Shown here: positions 34,992-44,167 of the stretch, in pieces
Numbering within the stretch: position 1 is the stretch's first letter
How the letters are laid out: every line of letters starts with the position of its first letter
Position numbers and translations under genes: made by a program
Origin: Eubacteriales bacterium
GTDB lineage: Bacteria; Bacillota; Clostridia; Oscillospirales; SIG627
Length of the DNA: 64,000 nucleotides
Direction: 5' to 3'
Assembly: GCA_045653035.1 (NCBI GenBank)
Contig: JAZOLO010000003.1
Coordinates: 24,514 to 88,513 of the forward strand
Notes under the pieces: generated by a model
What the model was told of the DNA's origin: nothing
The model's database searches: none
What the model saw: the letters and a program-made list of their open reading frames with translations, nothing else

Positions 34992-36116
34992 TTATCTAAA
35001 GCCTTTAAATTTCGATATTCTTGTTGGATGCCTGAGCTTCCTGAGTGCCTTTGCCTCTATTTGCCTTATTCGCTCTCTTGTAATATTAAACTCACGTCCC
35101 ACCTCTTCAAGAGTCCTCGGTATACCGTCGTCAAGGCCAAAACGCATTCTTATAACATTTTCTTCTCTGTCGGTAAGAGTTTTAAGAACCTCGCTTATCT
35201 GCTCTTTAAGCATTGTTTTTCCTACAATTTCATCGGGCTCGGGTGAGCCTTCGTCAGCAATAAATTCACCAATACTGCTCTCCTCGTCCTCGCCTACAGG
35301 GCTGTCTATCGAAATAGGTTCCTGTGCCATTTGCATTATCTCACGAACCTTGTCTACAGGAAGCCCCGACATCTCTGCTATCTGCTCGGTAGTCGCCTCT
35401 CTTCCGTTTTCCTGTAAAATCTGCCTTGCACATCGCTGTATCCTGTGCATAGTCTCTACCATGTGCACGGGAATTCTGATGGTTCTTGACTGGTCGGCAA
35501 GAGCTCTTGTTATCGCCTGTCTTATCCACCATGTAGCATAGGTAGAAAATTTATATCCCTTGGTATAATCAAATTTCTCAACTGCTTTTATAAGTCCCGA
35601 ATTGCCCTCCTGTATAAGGTCAAGAAAGCCCATTCCGCGACCTATGTATTTTTTAGCAATACTTACAACAAGTCTTAGATTTGCTTCTACCAGTATATTT
35701 CTCGCCTCAATGTCACCCTCAGAAATACGCTTGGCAAGCTCTACCTCCTCATCGCCCGAAAGAAGCTTTACCTTACCTATATCCTTAAGATACATCTTTA
35801 CGTGGTCTTCTATTGGGAGAGCATCTCCTGCAAGAAGACTCTCCACTTCTTCTACAGGATTAAGCTCCTCGTTTTCGACATCAAAGGGGTCGAAATCATC
35901 AGGAGTATCCTCCGAGAAATCTGCGAACGTTACCTCCACTCCCATTTCCTCAAGCTTACGGTATACCTTTTCCGCTTCTTCGTCGGATAGTGCCCCTGAT
36001 TCAATTACTTCAAGAATTTCCTCGCTGTCAAGTGTGCCTTTTTTTCTCGCCTTGGCAAGAAGCTCACTTATTTCAAATTTGTCTTCAGTATTTGGATTAT
36101 GATTTCTTTTATTCAT
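34992..36116 (-). CDS. RNA polymerase sigma-70 factor, group-1-like paralog (dnaG-adjacent copy, divergent region 3.2 and C-terminus)
   Basis: Full-length architecture with region 4.2 identical to the neighbouring copy. It differs at [14 protein letters not shown] and [23 protein letters not shown], and the C-terminus is [13 protein letters not shown]. Confidence 0.85.
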   Translation of the reverse strand: MNKRNHNPNTEDKFEISELLAKARKKGTLDSEEILEVIESGALSDEEAEKVYRKLEEMGVEVTFADFSEDTPDDFDPFDVENEELNPVEEVESLLAGDALPIEDHVKMYLKDIGKVKLLSGDEEVELAKRISEGDIEARNILVEANLRLVVSIAKKYIGRGMGFLDLIQEGNSGLIKAVEKFDYTKGYKFSTYATWWIRQAITRALADQSRTIRIPVHMVETMHRIQRCARQILQENGREATTEQIAEMSGLPVDKVREIMQMAQEPISIDSPVGEDEESSIGEFIADEGSPEPDEIVGKTMLKEQISEVLKTLTDREENVIRMRFGLDDGIPRTLEEVGREFNITRERIRQIEAKALRKLRHPTRISKFKGFR

Positions 36117-36136
36117 AGTCCTATTCCTTTCAACTT

Positions 36137-37870
36137 TTATTTTTTGGACTTCTTGAGTTCTTCTATTCTTTTGAAAAAGTCATCCTCCGAATTATCTTCG
36201 GAGCTTTTCTTTAATGCATTCGCAAGTTCTATGGCTACCTCTATGCTGTTGTTTGAAAGCTCACGTCGTTTTACTGTCATTTGTGTTATACGTCCCATCT
36301 CATCTGTACTGAATACTTCACCGAAGGTTGACATTCCATTGCCTTCCCTGTCCCGAATAAGCTCACGGTAAACCTTCTTCGTAAATTCACACCTGAAAAT
36401 CTCCTCCGAAACAATACCCGAAAGCTCTGGTGCGTCAAGAAATTCAGGGCGTATCATGAGAAGACCTAAAAGATTTTCTTCCTTCTTTACAGTGGAGAGA
36501 TTCTTTGCACTGTCAAGGTTAACACTGTCCTTGTAACCGATGCTTTTATTTATTTCTTCTTTTATAAAATCCTTTTGTGCCTTTTCTGCCTTCCTTTTCT
36601 GTCTCTTTTTCGTTTCGTTTCTTATAATGTCTGCGGAAATACCCGACATCTCTGATATCTTCTGTATAAATATTTCCCTCTCAATTTCACTGTATACACC
36701 CGACAGCATACTGCAGGAGTCGCTGACAAATGCAAGCTTTTGTTCAGGAACAGTTAAATCGTATTTTGATGCTATGTTGCTAAGTGCATAATCTATATGC
36801 CCGTCAGAGCCACGAAGCAGCTTCTCAAAGGAGCTTTTTCCGTATTTTTTTATGTATTCGTCGGGATCCTTTGCACCCTCTACCTTTACCACCTTAACAC
36901 GAAGTCCTACCTCACCAAGCATGTCGATAGCTCTTTTTGTGGCTCTCTGCCCCGCTTCGTCGGAATCATAGCAAAGATAAACGGTTGTAGCATAGCGTGA
37001 AATAATTCTCGTTTGCTCAGATGTTAGTGCCGTACCGAGAGTGGCTACCGCATTCACAAAGCCTGCCTGCTGAAGTGCCACTACGTCCATATAGCCCTCG
37101 CAAAGTATCAATGACGAGTCGGTGTTATTTTTCGCCTGATTCAAGGCATAAAGGTTTTTGCTCTTTTTGAAAACGGGAGTGTCGGAGGAGTTAAGATATT
37201 TTGGCTCTCCGTCCCCTATTATTCTGCCGCCAAAGGCAATGACGTTGCCAGACAAATCGAAAATCGGGAACATTATTCTGTTTCTGAAATAGTCAAATAA
37301 TCTGCCTGTCTTCTGGGATACACCTGCAAGGAAGCCGTTTCTTAGTTCTTCCTTTTCAAAGCCCTTTGACATGAGATAACCCGTAAGACTGTCCCAAGAG
37401 TTATCAGCATAGCCTATACCGAAACGCTTTATGGTGGACGGGGTAAGTCCTCTGCCTGTAATATAACTTAGGGCATCTCTGTTTTCGGACGCTATAAGTG
37501 AGTCATAAAAGAAACGCGCCGCAAGCTTATTCATCTCAAAATATCTGTCACGATTGATTTTCGGTACGTTTCTTCCGTCGTCGGGAACGGTAAGACCGGC
37601 TCTGGCTGCAAGGTGCTCTATCGCTGTCATGTAGTCAACGTTTTCCATCTTCATTACAAAGGTTATAACGTCGCCTCCCGCACCGCAACCGAAGCAATAG
37701 AAGTTTTCAGCGTTTCTGAAAACTGTAAATGAGGGGGTGCGTTCACTGTGAAAAGGGCAACAGCCTACAAGATTTGACCCAGCCCTTTTAAGGGATACGT
37801 AGCCTGATATTACGTCTTCAATATTGCATCTCGCCTTAAGCTCTTGCAAAAATTCCTGTGGCAAAGCCAA
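36137..37870 (-). CDS. dnaG: DNA primase
   Basis: Zinc ribbon [14 protein letters not shown]...[15 protein letters not shown], and a TOPRIM domain [10 protein letters not shown] prefer the TTG at 37870 (GGAGG 7 nt upstream) over the track GTG at 37879, which abuts the RBS. Confidence 0.92.
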   Translation of the reverse strand: MALPQEFLQELKARCNIEDVISGYVSLKRAGSNLVGCCPFHSERTPSFTVFRNAENFYCFGCGAGGDVITFVMKMENVDYMTAIEHLAARAGLTVPDDGRNVPKINRDRYFEMNKLAARFFYDSLIASENRDALSYITGRGLTPSTIKRFGIGYADNSWDSLTGYLMSKGFEKEELRNGFLAGVSQKTGRLFDYFRNRIMFPIFDLSGNVIAFGGRIIGDGEPKYLNSSDTPVFKKSKNLYALNQAKNNTDSSLILCEGYMDVVALQQAGFVNAVATLGTALTSEQTRIISRYATTVYLCYDSDEAGQRATKRAIDMLGEVGLRVKVVKVEGAKDPDEYIKKYGKSSFEKLLRGSDGHIDYALSNIASKYDLTVPEQKLAFVSDSCSMLSGVYSEIEREIFIQKISEMSGISADIIRNETKKRQKRKAEKAQKDFIKEEINKSIGYKDSVNLDSAKNLSTVKKEENLLGLLMIRPEFLDAPELSGIVSEEIFRCEFTKKVYRELIRDREGNGMSTFGEVFSTDEMGRITQMTVKRRELSNNSIEVAIELANALKKSSEDNSEDDFFKRIEELKKSKK

Positions 37871-37942
37871 ATCATACACCTCCTTTATTTTATCCTTCTA
37901 TATTATTTATACGCAAAAAAAGACGAAAATCCTTTTTATTTT

Positions 37943-39463
37943 TTATAAAAAGTTAAAATATTTTCTGTCAATGCTCCTCAGCTGTACCGCTTCAAGCACG
38001 TGAGCCTTCTCCACACTCTCCGAAAGTGAGAGGTCTGCAATGGTTCTTGCAACCTTAACTATTCTGTCATAACCTCTTGCAGAAAGGGTGAGTCTTTCAA
38101 AAGCCATCTTCAAAAGGTTCTCCGCTTCCTTTGAAAAAGCACAGTACTCTTTCTTGTCGGCGTATTTCAGGTCAATACCAAGTGCGTTTTTACGCTCTGT
38201 AGCAAAAGCACGTGCCAAGTTCACTCTCTTTCTTATTTCCGCCGAGGTCTCTGCCGAGGACGGTGCATTCATTTCGTCAAACTTTACGGCAGGTACTTCT
38301 ATCTGTATATCAATTCTGTCAAGTAAGGGTCCCGATATTTTGTCAAGATACTTTTTCACTGTAGTTCTTGAACAGGTACACTCCTTGTAATCACTGCCGA
38401 AATATCCGCATGGACAGGGATTCATGGCACAAACCATTATAAAGTCACTGGGGTAAGTAAGCTTATAGTTTGCACGGGCAACGGTTATCTTGCCGTCCTC
38501 AATGGGCTGACGGAGTGCCTCAATGGTCTTTTTATTAAACTCGGTAAGCTCGTCAAGAAAAAGTACTCCGTTGTGAGCAAGGGACACTTCACCCGGTTGG
38601 GGGGTTATGCCTCCTCCCACTATTCCCACGTGGGAAACTGTGTGATGAGGTGAACGGAAGGGTCTCGTATTTATAATCGGTGTTTTTTCATTTAATGCTC
38701 CCGTTACCGAATGTATTTTCGTTGCCTCTATTATTTCTTCATAGGTCATGTCGGGAAGAATTCCCACAAGAGCCTTGGAAAGCATACTCTTGCCCGAGCC
38801 GGGAGGTCCTATGAGAAGCACGTTTTGACCGCCTGCCGCCGCTACCTCCATGGCTCTTTTTGCTTTTTCCTGTCCTTTTATATCAGCAAAATCTACAAGT
38901 GGTGACGTGCGTGTAGTAACAAGCTCCTCGTTATAGAGGGTAGGTATAATCATTTCCTTACCATTAAGGTGAGAAATAAGCTCAGCTATATGCTTTACGC
39001 CGTATATTTCAATATCCTTTAAAACCGAGGCTTCAACGGCATTTTCATAAGGCAAAAACACCCTCTTCTTACCTGCCTGTCTTGCGGTAATGCACATAGG
39101 AAGTGCACCCGATACGGGTCGGAGTTCTCCTTTGAGAGAAAGCTCTCCAATAAATACCGCATCGTCGGTAAAGATATTTTCAAGCACCGAGTGCTTAAGA
39201 AGTGCTACAAGCATGGCAAGGTCGTAGGACGAGCCCGTTTTCTTTTTATCGGCGGGGGCAAGGTTAAAGGTTACTCTGTTCTTTATGTAGGGTAATGAAT
39301 TATTGGTGGTTACAGAATGTATTCTGTCTGTTGCTTCCTTTACGGAAGTATCGGGAAGTCCTATGACAGATACCTCAGGAATTCCCCTTTCAGAGTTACA
39401 TTCGACAAGCACCTCGAAGCCTTCAATTCCGTTCATTGCAACGGTATAGACAGTATTTACCAT
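37943..39463 (-). CDS. comM: YifB/ComM family Mg-chelatase-like AAA+ ATPase
   Basis: Lon-protease-like N-domain, Walker A GPPGSGKSM, ...LFLDELTEF..., and a Cys cluster CPCGYFGSDYKECTC. Confidence 0.9.
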   Translation of the reverse strand: MVNTVYTVAMNGIEGFEVLVECNSERGIPEVSVIGLPDTSVKEATDRIHSVTTNNSLPYIKNRVTFNLAPADKKKTGSSYDLAMLVALLKHSVLENIFTDDAVFIGELSLKGELRPVSGALPMCITARQAGKKRVFLPYENAVEASVLKDIEIYGVKHIAELISHLNGKEMIIPTLYNEELVTTRTSPLVDFADIKGQEKAKRAMEVAAAGGQNVLLIGPPGSGKSMLSKALVGILPDMTYEEIIEATKIHSVTGALNEKTPIINTRPFRSPHHTVSHVGIVGGGITPQPGEVSLAHNGVLFLDELTEFNKKTIEALRQPIEDGKITVARANYKLTYPSDFIMVCAMNPCPCGYFGSDYKECTCSRTTVKKYLDKISGPLLDRIDIQIEVPAVKFDEMNAPSSAETSAEIRKRVNLARAFATERKNALGIDLKYADKKEYCAFSKEAENLLKMAFERLTLSARGYDRIVKVARTIADLSLSESVEKAHVLEAVQLRSIDRKYFNFL

Positions 39464-39496
39464 TTTGCCTCCACAAAATTTATTCTAATGATGTAT

Positions 39497-40225
39497 TTAA
39501 GCTTTTATCTGTAATATGAGATTATAAATAATCGGTATAAGTATTGAAGGAAGCATATTTCCTACCTTAAACTTCTTTCCAAATGCTAGATTTATGCCTA
39601 TAGCAAATATCAGAACAGAACCGATGTAACTCATATCGGGCACCATATTCCCCACAAGGTATGGCTCAATAAATCTCGAAAGTATCGTTATTCCCCCTTG
39701 ATAAATGGCAAGAGGAATAACCGCAAACATAGCACCCACACCGAGAGTAGATGTAAAAACTATTGCGATAACACCGTCGAGAATAGATTTTGCAAAAAGG
39801 GTTGTGGGGTCGCCCGAAAGTCCGTCCTGAAGTGAGCCCATTATCGCCATAGCACCAACGCAGATAACGAGGGTGTTAGTGACAAAGGCTTCTACAAAAT
39901 GTCCGTTCTCCCCTGCCTTGACACTCTTTTTAAGCTTTTCACCAAGGGTTTCAAGTCTGTCCTCTATTCTTATAATCTCACCGAGTATTGAGCCTATAAC
40001 AAGGCTGAATATCATGAGCATTGTGCCTTTTGTGGAAATAACGCCGTCTTTTACAGAGAGGAGTCCTGCAAGTGCACCCGATGCACCTATGAACATGGTA
40101 GAAAGTCCAAGAACCTTCATTATCATGTCCTGAAGTCTCATGCTGAGACCTTTTTTTATAAAAAGACCGATAAAGCCTCCTAAAAGTACGGCTATAACGT
40201 TTACTATTGTTCCAAGTCCTATCAT
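39497..40225 (-). CDS. DUF554 family membrane protein (YdfK/YqgA-like)
   Basis: Starts MIGLGTIVNVIAVLLGGFIGL.... Polytopic, with a typical DUF554 N-terminus. Confidence 0.75.
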   Translation of the reverse strand: MIGLGTIVNVIAVLLGGFIGLFIKKGLSMRLQDMIMKVLGLSTMFIGASGALAGLLSVKDGVISTKGTMLMIFSLVIGSILGEIIRIEDRLETLGEKLKKSVKAGENGHFVEAFVTNTLVICVGAMAIMGSLQDGLSGDPTTLFAKSILDGVIAIVFTSTLGVGAMFAVIPLAIYQGGITILSRFIEPYLVGNMVPDMSYIGSVLIFAIGINLAFGKKFKVGNMLPSILIPIIYNLILQIKA

Positions 40226-40242
40226 TTATTTATACCTTTGAA

Positions 40243-40269
40243 ATGAGGGCTGTGAAAAACAGCCCTCAT
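40243..40269. terminator. 11-bp perfect hairpin ATGAGGGCTGT-N5-ACAGCCCTCAT downstream of ileS
   Basis: Seen directly. The T-tract (ACTTTTTATT) is better on the plus strand; the minus-strand tail is only TTCAAAGG. Confidence 0.5.
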
Positions 40270-40380
40270 ACTTTTTATTACACAGGAAATTGCATCGCAA
40301 TTGCTTGTAAAAAACAAAGTCTACCTATGAAAAATCGTGAGCGTCAGCGAACATAATTTCAGCTGCCGGAGGCGACTTTT

Positions 40381-43300
40381 TTATATTTTCTTTACTCCGA
40401 GCTTTACCTTTTCTCCGTTGATATCCCATTCCTTTTCGTAGCCGTCGCAAGCGGAGTCTACCGCAATGCCGTCTGCCAGAACGTCGGTGGATATTTCTTC
40501 CTTGTTTCTAAGAATAAGGTCAGAAATCTTGCTGTTTTCAGATACATATACTATTATATGGTCCATAACGTCGAAGTCTGCTTCCTTACGCATGGTCTGT
40601 ATCTTGCTTATTACCTCTCGCACGTTTCCCTCCTCGATAAGCTCGGGAGTGAGAGTGGTATCAAGTACAACTGTAACGCCCTTGTAGGTAACAGCCCAAA
40701 AGCCTTCCTTCTGCTTAAGCTCGATGAGAAGATCCTCCTCTGCAAGGGCTATCGCATCTCCGTCGAAGGAAAGTGCGATAACACCGCTACGGTCAAGCTC
40801 TGCTTTTGCTTCGCTTCCGTTAACGTTTGCAAGGTATTCTCTTATCTTATTTAAGTGCTTGCCGTACTTGGGACCAACTGTCTTAAGCTGAGGCTTGAAG
40901 GAGTAGGAAATGTACTCTGATGCATCGTCGATAAATTCAACGCTCTTTACGTTAAGCTCCTCTGTGATAATGTCATGGTAAAGACTATCGGGAACAAAAT
41001 CACACTTAACGAACATTCTTGAAATGGGCTGACGGTTCTTGATTACGGCACCGTTTCTTGCGGCACGTCCGTTTACAACGATGTCAAGAACTGCATTCAT
41101 GTTTGCTTCAAGAGTCTTATCAATCATAGAAGTATTAACCTCGGGGAATGAACAGAGGTGAATACTTTCGGGAGCGTCCTTATCAATGGAACGTACAAGG
41201 TTGAGATAAATATCCTCTGCCATAAAGGGTATCATGGGAGCTGCAGCCTTCGCTACGGAAACAAGGGCTGTATAAAGGGTCATATAAGCCGCAATCTTAT
41301 CATCAGTCATACCCTGTACCCAGTATCTTTCGCGTGAACGGCGAACGTACCAGTTACTCATTTCATCAACAAAGCTATCAAGTGCCTTTGCCGCCTCGGG
41401 AATCTTGTAGTTTTCAAGACAGCTATCAACCTCGCCCACCATTGTGTTGAGCTTAGAAAGAAGCCACTTATCCATAAGGGTAAGCTTGTCATAATCGAGT
41501 GTGTGCTTTGTAGCATCAAATTCGTCGATATTAGCATAAAGAACGAAGAATGCATAGGTATTCCAAAGAGTACCCATGAACTTACGCTGTCCCTCGATTA
41601 CTGCCTTGCCGTGGAAACGGTTAGGAAGCCAGGGTGCGGAGTTGGTGTAGAAGTACCAGCGAATAGCGTCTGCACCGTAGGTTTCAAGTGCTTCAAAGGG
41701 GTCAACGGGATTTCCCTTGTCGTCGGACATCTTCTGTCCGTTTACATCCTGAACGTGACCGTGAACTATTACGTTCTTATAGGGTGCTTTATTGAAAATA
41801 AGAGTTGAAAATGCAAGGAGTGAATAGAACCAGCCTCTTGTCTGGTCAACCGCCTCCGAAATGAAGTCGGCGGGGAACTGTGACTCGAAGAGCTCCTTGT
41901 TCTCAAAGGGATAGTGATGCTGTGCGAAGGGCATTGCACCCGAGTCGAACCAGCAGTCGATAACCTCGGGAACTCGCTTCATCTGTTTTCCGCACTTTTC
42001 ACACTTGATAGTAACGGCGTCAACGTAGGGACGGTGAAGCTCTATATCGTCGGGACAGTTATCGGACATAGACTTAAGCTCCTCGATAGAGCCGATAGCG
42101 TGCTGATGTCCGCATTCACAAGTCCAGATATTAAGGGGTGTTCCCCAATATCTGTTACGGCTTATTGCCCAATCCTGTACGTTTTCAAGCCAGTCACCAA
42201 ATCTTCCCTTACCAATGCTTTCGGGAATCCAGTTGATAGTATTATTGTTCTTTATAAGGTCGTCCTTAACGTCTGTCATCTTGATATACCAGCTTTCGCG
42301 TGCATAATAGATGAGAGGCGTATCGCAACGCCAACAGAAGGGATAGCTGTGCTCGTAGTTAGGAGCGTCAAAGAGAAGTCCTCTGGAGTTTAAGTCCTTA
42401 AGAACCTCTTTATCCGCATCCTTGCAGAACATTCCGCCGAAAGGAGTGTTTGCAGTCATTTCACCCTTTGCATCAACTGTCTGAACAAAGGGAAGGTCAT
42501 ATTTTCTTCCAACGTTGTAGTCGTCTTCACCGAATGCAGGTGCGATATGAACGATACCTGTACCGTCGGTAAGAGTAACGTAGCGGTCGCAAACGATATA
42601 GTAAGCCTTCTTATTCGGCTTCATATCGTAAAGAGGAACGTACTCAAGTCCTTCAAGGTCAGTACCCTTGTACTTCTCAAGGATAGTATACTCAGTCTTT
42701 ATAACAGAGGAAACGAGTGCCTCTGCCATGTAATAGGTTTCGCCCTCTGTTTCAAGCTTTACGTAGGTTTCATCGGGGTTAACGCAAAGTGCTACGTTTG
42801 AGGGAAGTGTCCAAGGGGTAGTTGTCCATGCAAGTATATAAACCTTATCCTCGCCCTTAACCGGGAACTTAGCAACGGCTGAGCGTTCCTTTACGTCCTT
42901 GTAGCCCTGCGCTACCTCGTGCGAGGAAAGAGGAGTACCACATCTGGGGCAATATGGTACAATCTTAAAGCCCTGATAAAGGAGTCCCTTCTCCCATATT
43001 TTCTTAAGAGCCCACCATTCGGACTCGATGAAGCTGTTTTCGTAGGTTACGTAGGGGTTATCCATATCAGCCCAGAATCCAACAGTTGAGGAGAAATCCT
43101 CCCACATTCCCTTATATTTCCAAACGCTTTCCTTACACTTGCCGATGAAGGGGTCGAGACCGTATTCTTCAATCTGCTCCTTGCCGTCAAGACCGAGAAG
43201 CTTTTCAACCTCAAGCTCAACGGGAAGTCCGTGAGTATCCCAGCCTGCCTTACGGGGTACAAAGTTACCCTTCATAGTACGGTGACGGGGAATCATATCC

Positions 43301-43494
43301 TTGATTACACGGGTAAGTACGTGACCGATATGGGGCTTACCGTTTGCCGTAGGAGGTCCGTCATAGAACACGTAGGGGCGTGTCTTGTCGGCAGATTCCA
43401 TGGACTTTTCAAATATTCTGTTTTCCTTCCAGAATTTTTCAACTTTCTTTTCTCTCTCGACGAAGTTCATGTTCGTCGGAACCTTATTGTACAT
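40381..43494 (-). CDS. ileS: Isoleucine--tRNA ligase, long (type 2-like, 1037 aa)
   Basis: HIGH motif PTANGKPHIGHV, KMSKS variant in ...GQKMSDDKGN..., and a CP1 editing domain. Confidence 0.95.
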   Translation of the reverse strand: MYNKVPTNMNFVEREKKVEKFWKENRIFEKSMESADKTRPYVFYDGPPTANGKPHIGHVLTRVIKDMIPRHRTMKGNFVPRKAGWDTHGLPVELEVEKLLGLDGKEQIEEYGLDPFIGKCKESVWKYKGMWEDFSSTVGFWADMDNPYVTYENSFIESEWWALKKIWEKGLLYQGFKIVPYCPRCGTPLSSHEVAQGYKDVKERSAVAKFPVKGEDKVYILAWTTTPWTLPSNVALCVNPDETYVKLETEGETYYMAEALVSSVIKTEYTILEKYKGTDLEGLEYVPLYDMKPNKKAYYIVCDRYVTLTDGTGIVHIAPAFGEDDYNVGRKYDLPFVQTVDAKGEMTANTPFGGMFCKDADKEVLKDLNSRGLLFDAPNYEHSYPFCWRCDTPLIYYARESWYIKMTDVKDDLIKNNNTINWIPESIGKGRFGDWLENVQDWAISRNRYWGTPLNIWTCECGHQHAIGSIEELKSMSDNCPDDIELHRPYVDAVTIKCEKCGKQMKRVPEVIDCWFDSGAMPFAQHHYPFENKELFESQFPADFISEAVDQTRGWFYSLLAFSTLIFNKAPYKNVIVHGHVQDVNGQKMSDDKGNPVDPFEALETYGADAIRWYFYTNSAPWLPNRFHGKAVIEGQRKFMGTLWNTYAFFVLYANIDEFDATKHTLDYDKLTLMDKWLLSKLNTMVGEVDSCLENYKIPEAAKALDSFVDEMSNWYVRRSRERYWVQGMTDDKIAAYMTLYTALVSVAKAAAPMIPFMAEDIYLNLVRSIDKDAPESIHLCSFPEVNTSMIDKTLEANMNAVLDIVVNGRAARNGAVIKNRQPISRMFVKCDFVPDSLYHDIITEELNVKSVEFIDDASEYISYSFKPQLKTVGPKYGKHLNKIREYLANVNGSEAKAELDRSGVIALSFDGDAIALAEEDLLIELKQKEGFWAVTYKGVTVVLDTTLTPELIEEGNVREVISKIQTMRKEADFDVMDHIIVYVSENSKISDLILRNKEEISTDVLADGIAVDSACDGYEKEWDINGEKVKLGVKKI

Positions 43495-43538
43495 CTATAT
43501 ATCCTCCAAAAGAATTATAGGTTTTTTTCATAAATTAT

Positions 43539-43567
43539 ATTTTAGCATAAAAAGTTTGTAAAGTCAA
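43539..43567 (-). promoter_or_regulatory. Sigma-A promoter TTGACT-17-TAAAAT for ileS (leader only ~40 nt)
   Basis: The reverse strand reads TTGACTttacaaactttttatgcTAAAAT. The -35 overlaps the stop codon of the upstream lipoprotein gene. Confidence 0.6.
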
Positions 43568-44157
43568 TCAATAATTCCTATTTTCTTAGCCCACTTTTCC
43601 TCTAAAGTATACTGCACACCGTCAATTTCTACGGAATACACACTTTCCGACCATTTGTAAACGGAGTATGAGGATACGAGAGGTAAATCCGTTTCAAACA
43701 ATCCGCAAATCTCACCGTGATGCACTCCTCTTTCAAAGCCAAGCTCCTTCGGCTCTCTGCCGTAAAAGACGTAGAAGGAAAAATCCTCTGCGTCCTTTCC
43801 CGTAAGCTTATCTGACTTTTTGATAAGGCTTTCCGTAATTCTGCCGTCTTTTAGTTCTTTTCTCTCTACAAAAAAGTACTCGGTACATTCCTCAAAAAGC
43901 ACGTCAAGGGATTTATATTCTTCGGTTACGTAATACTTTTCCCCTACTGCAATAATACTGTCGTTTTCAAGGAGCAGTACGTCACCTGACTTTGCAGTTT
44001 TTCCAAGATAGGAATATCTGTGTGAGTTTTCAAGGGGATAAAAAACTTTACCGTCCGAGCGAGTGACGGTGTTATCCTCGTTTTCGGTAAACGAAAATCC
44101 CGACGAGCAAGAAACAAAAATTAAAACACAGACTAAAAAAACGAATATCCTTTTCAT
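43564..44157 (-). CDS. Lipoprotein of unknown function (197 aa)
   Basis: Lipobox in MKRIFVFLVCVLIFVSC/SS. I recognise no other motif. Confidence 0.6.
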   Translation of the reverse strand: MKRIFVFLVCVLIFVSCSSGFSFTENEDNTVTRSDGKVFYPLENSHRYSYLGKTAKSGDVLLLENDSIIAVGEKYYVTEEYKSLDVLFEECTEYFFVERKELKDGRITESLIKKSDKLTGKDAEDFSFYVFYGREPKELGFERGVHHGEICGLFETDLPLVSSYSVYKWSESVYSVEIDGVQYTLEEKWAKKIGIID

Positions 44158-44167
44158 GATGACCTTT

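Noticed and set aside
34906-36102. Long plus-strand ORFs (211 aa, 166 aa and others) across both sigma genes; the two antisense products look similar to each other
   Set aside because: They are antisense shadows. Their mutual similarity only reflects the protein-level conservation of the two sigma paralogs on the other strand. No RBS, and Ser-rich composition.
40243-40279. Considered calling the ileS-downstream hairpin a plus-strand terminator for an unannotated plus-strand gene
   Set aside because: No plus-strand ORF or promoter lies upstream of it. It is more simply the imperfect 3' hairpin of ileS, or a bidirectional insulator.
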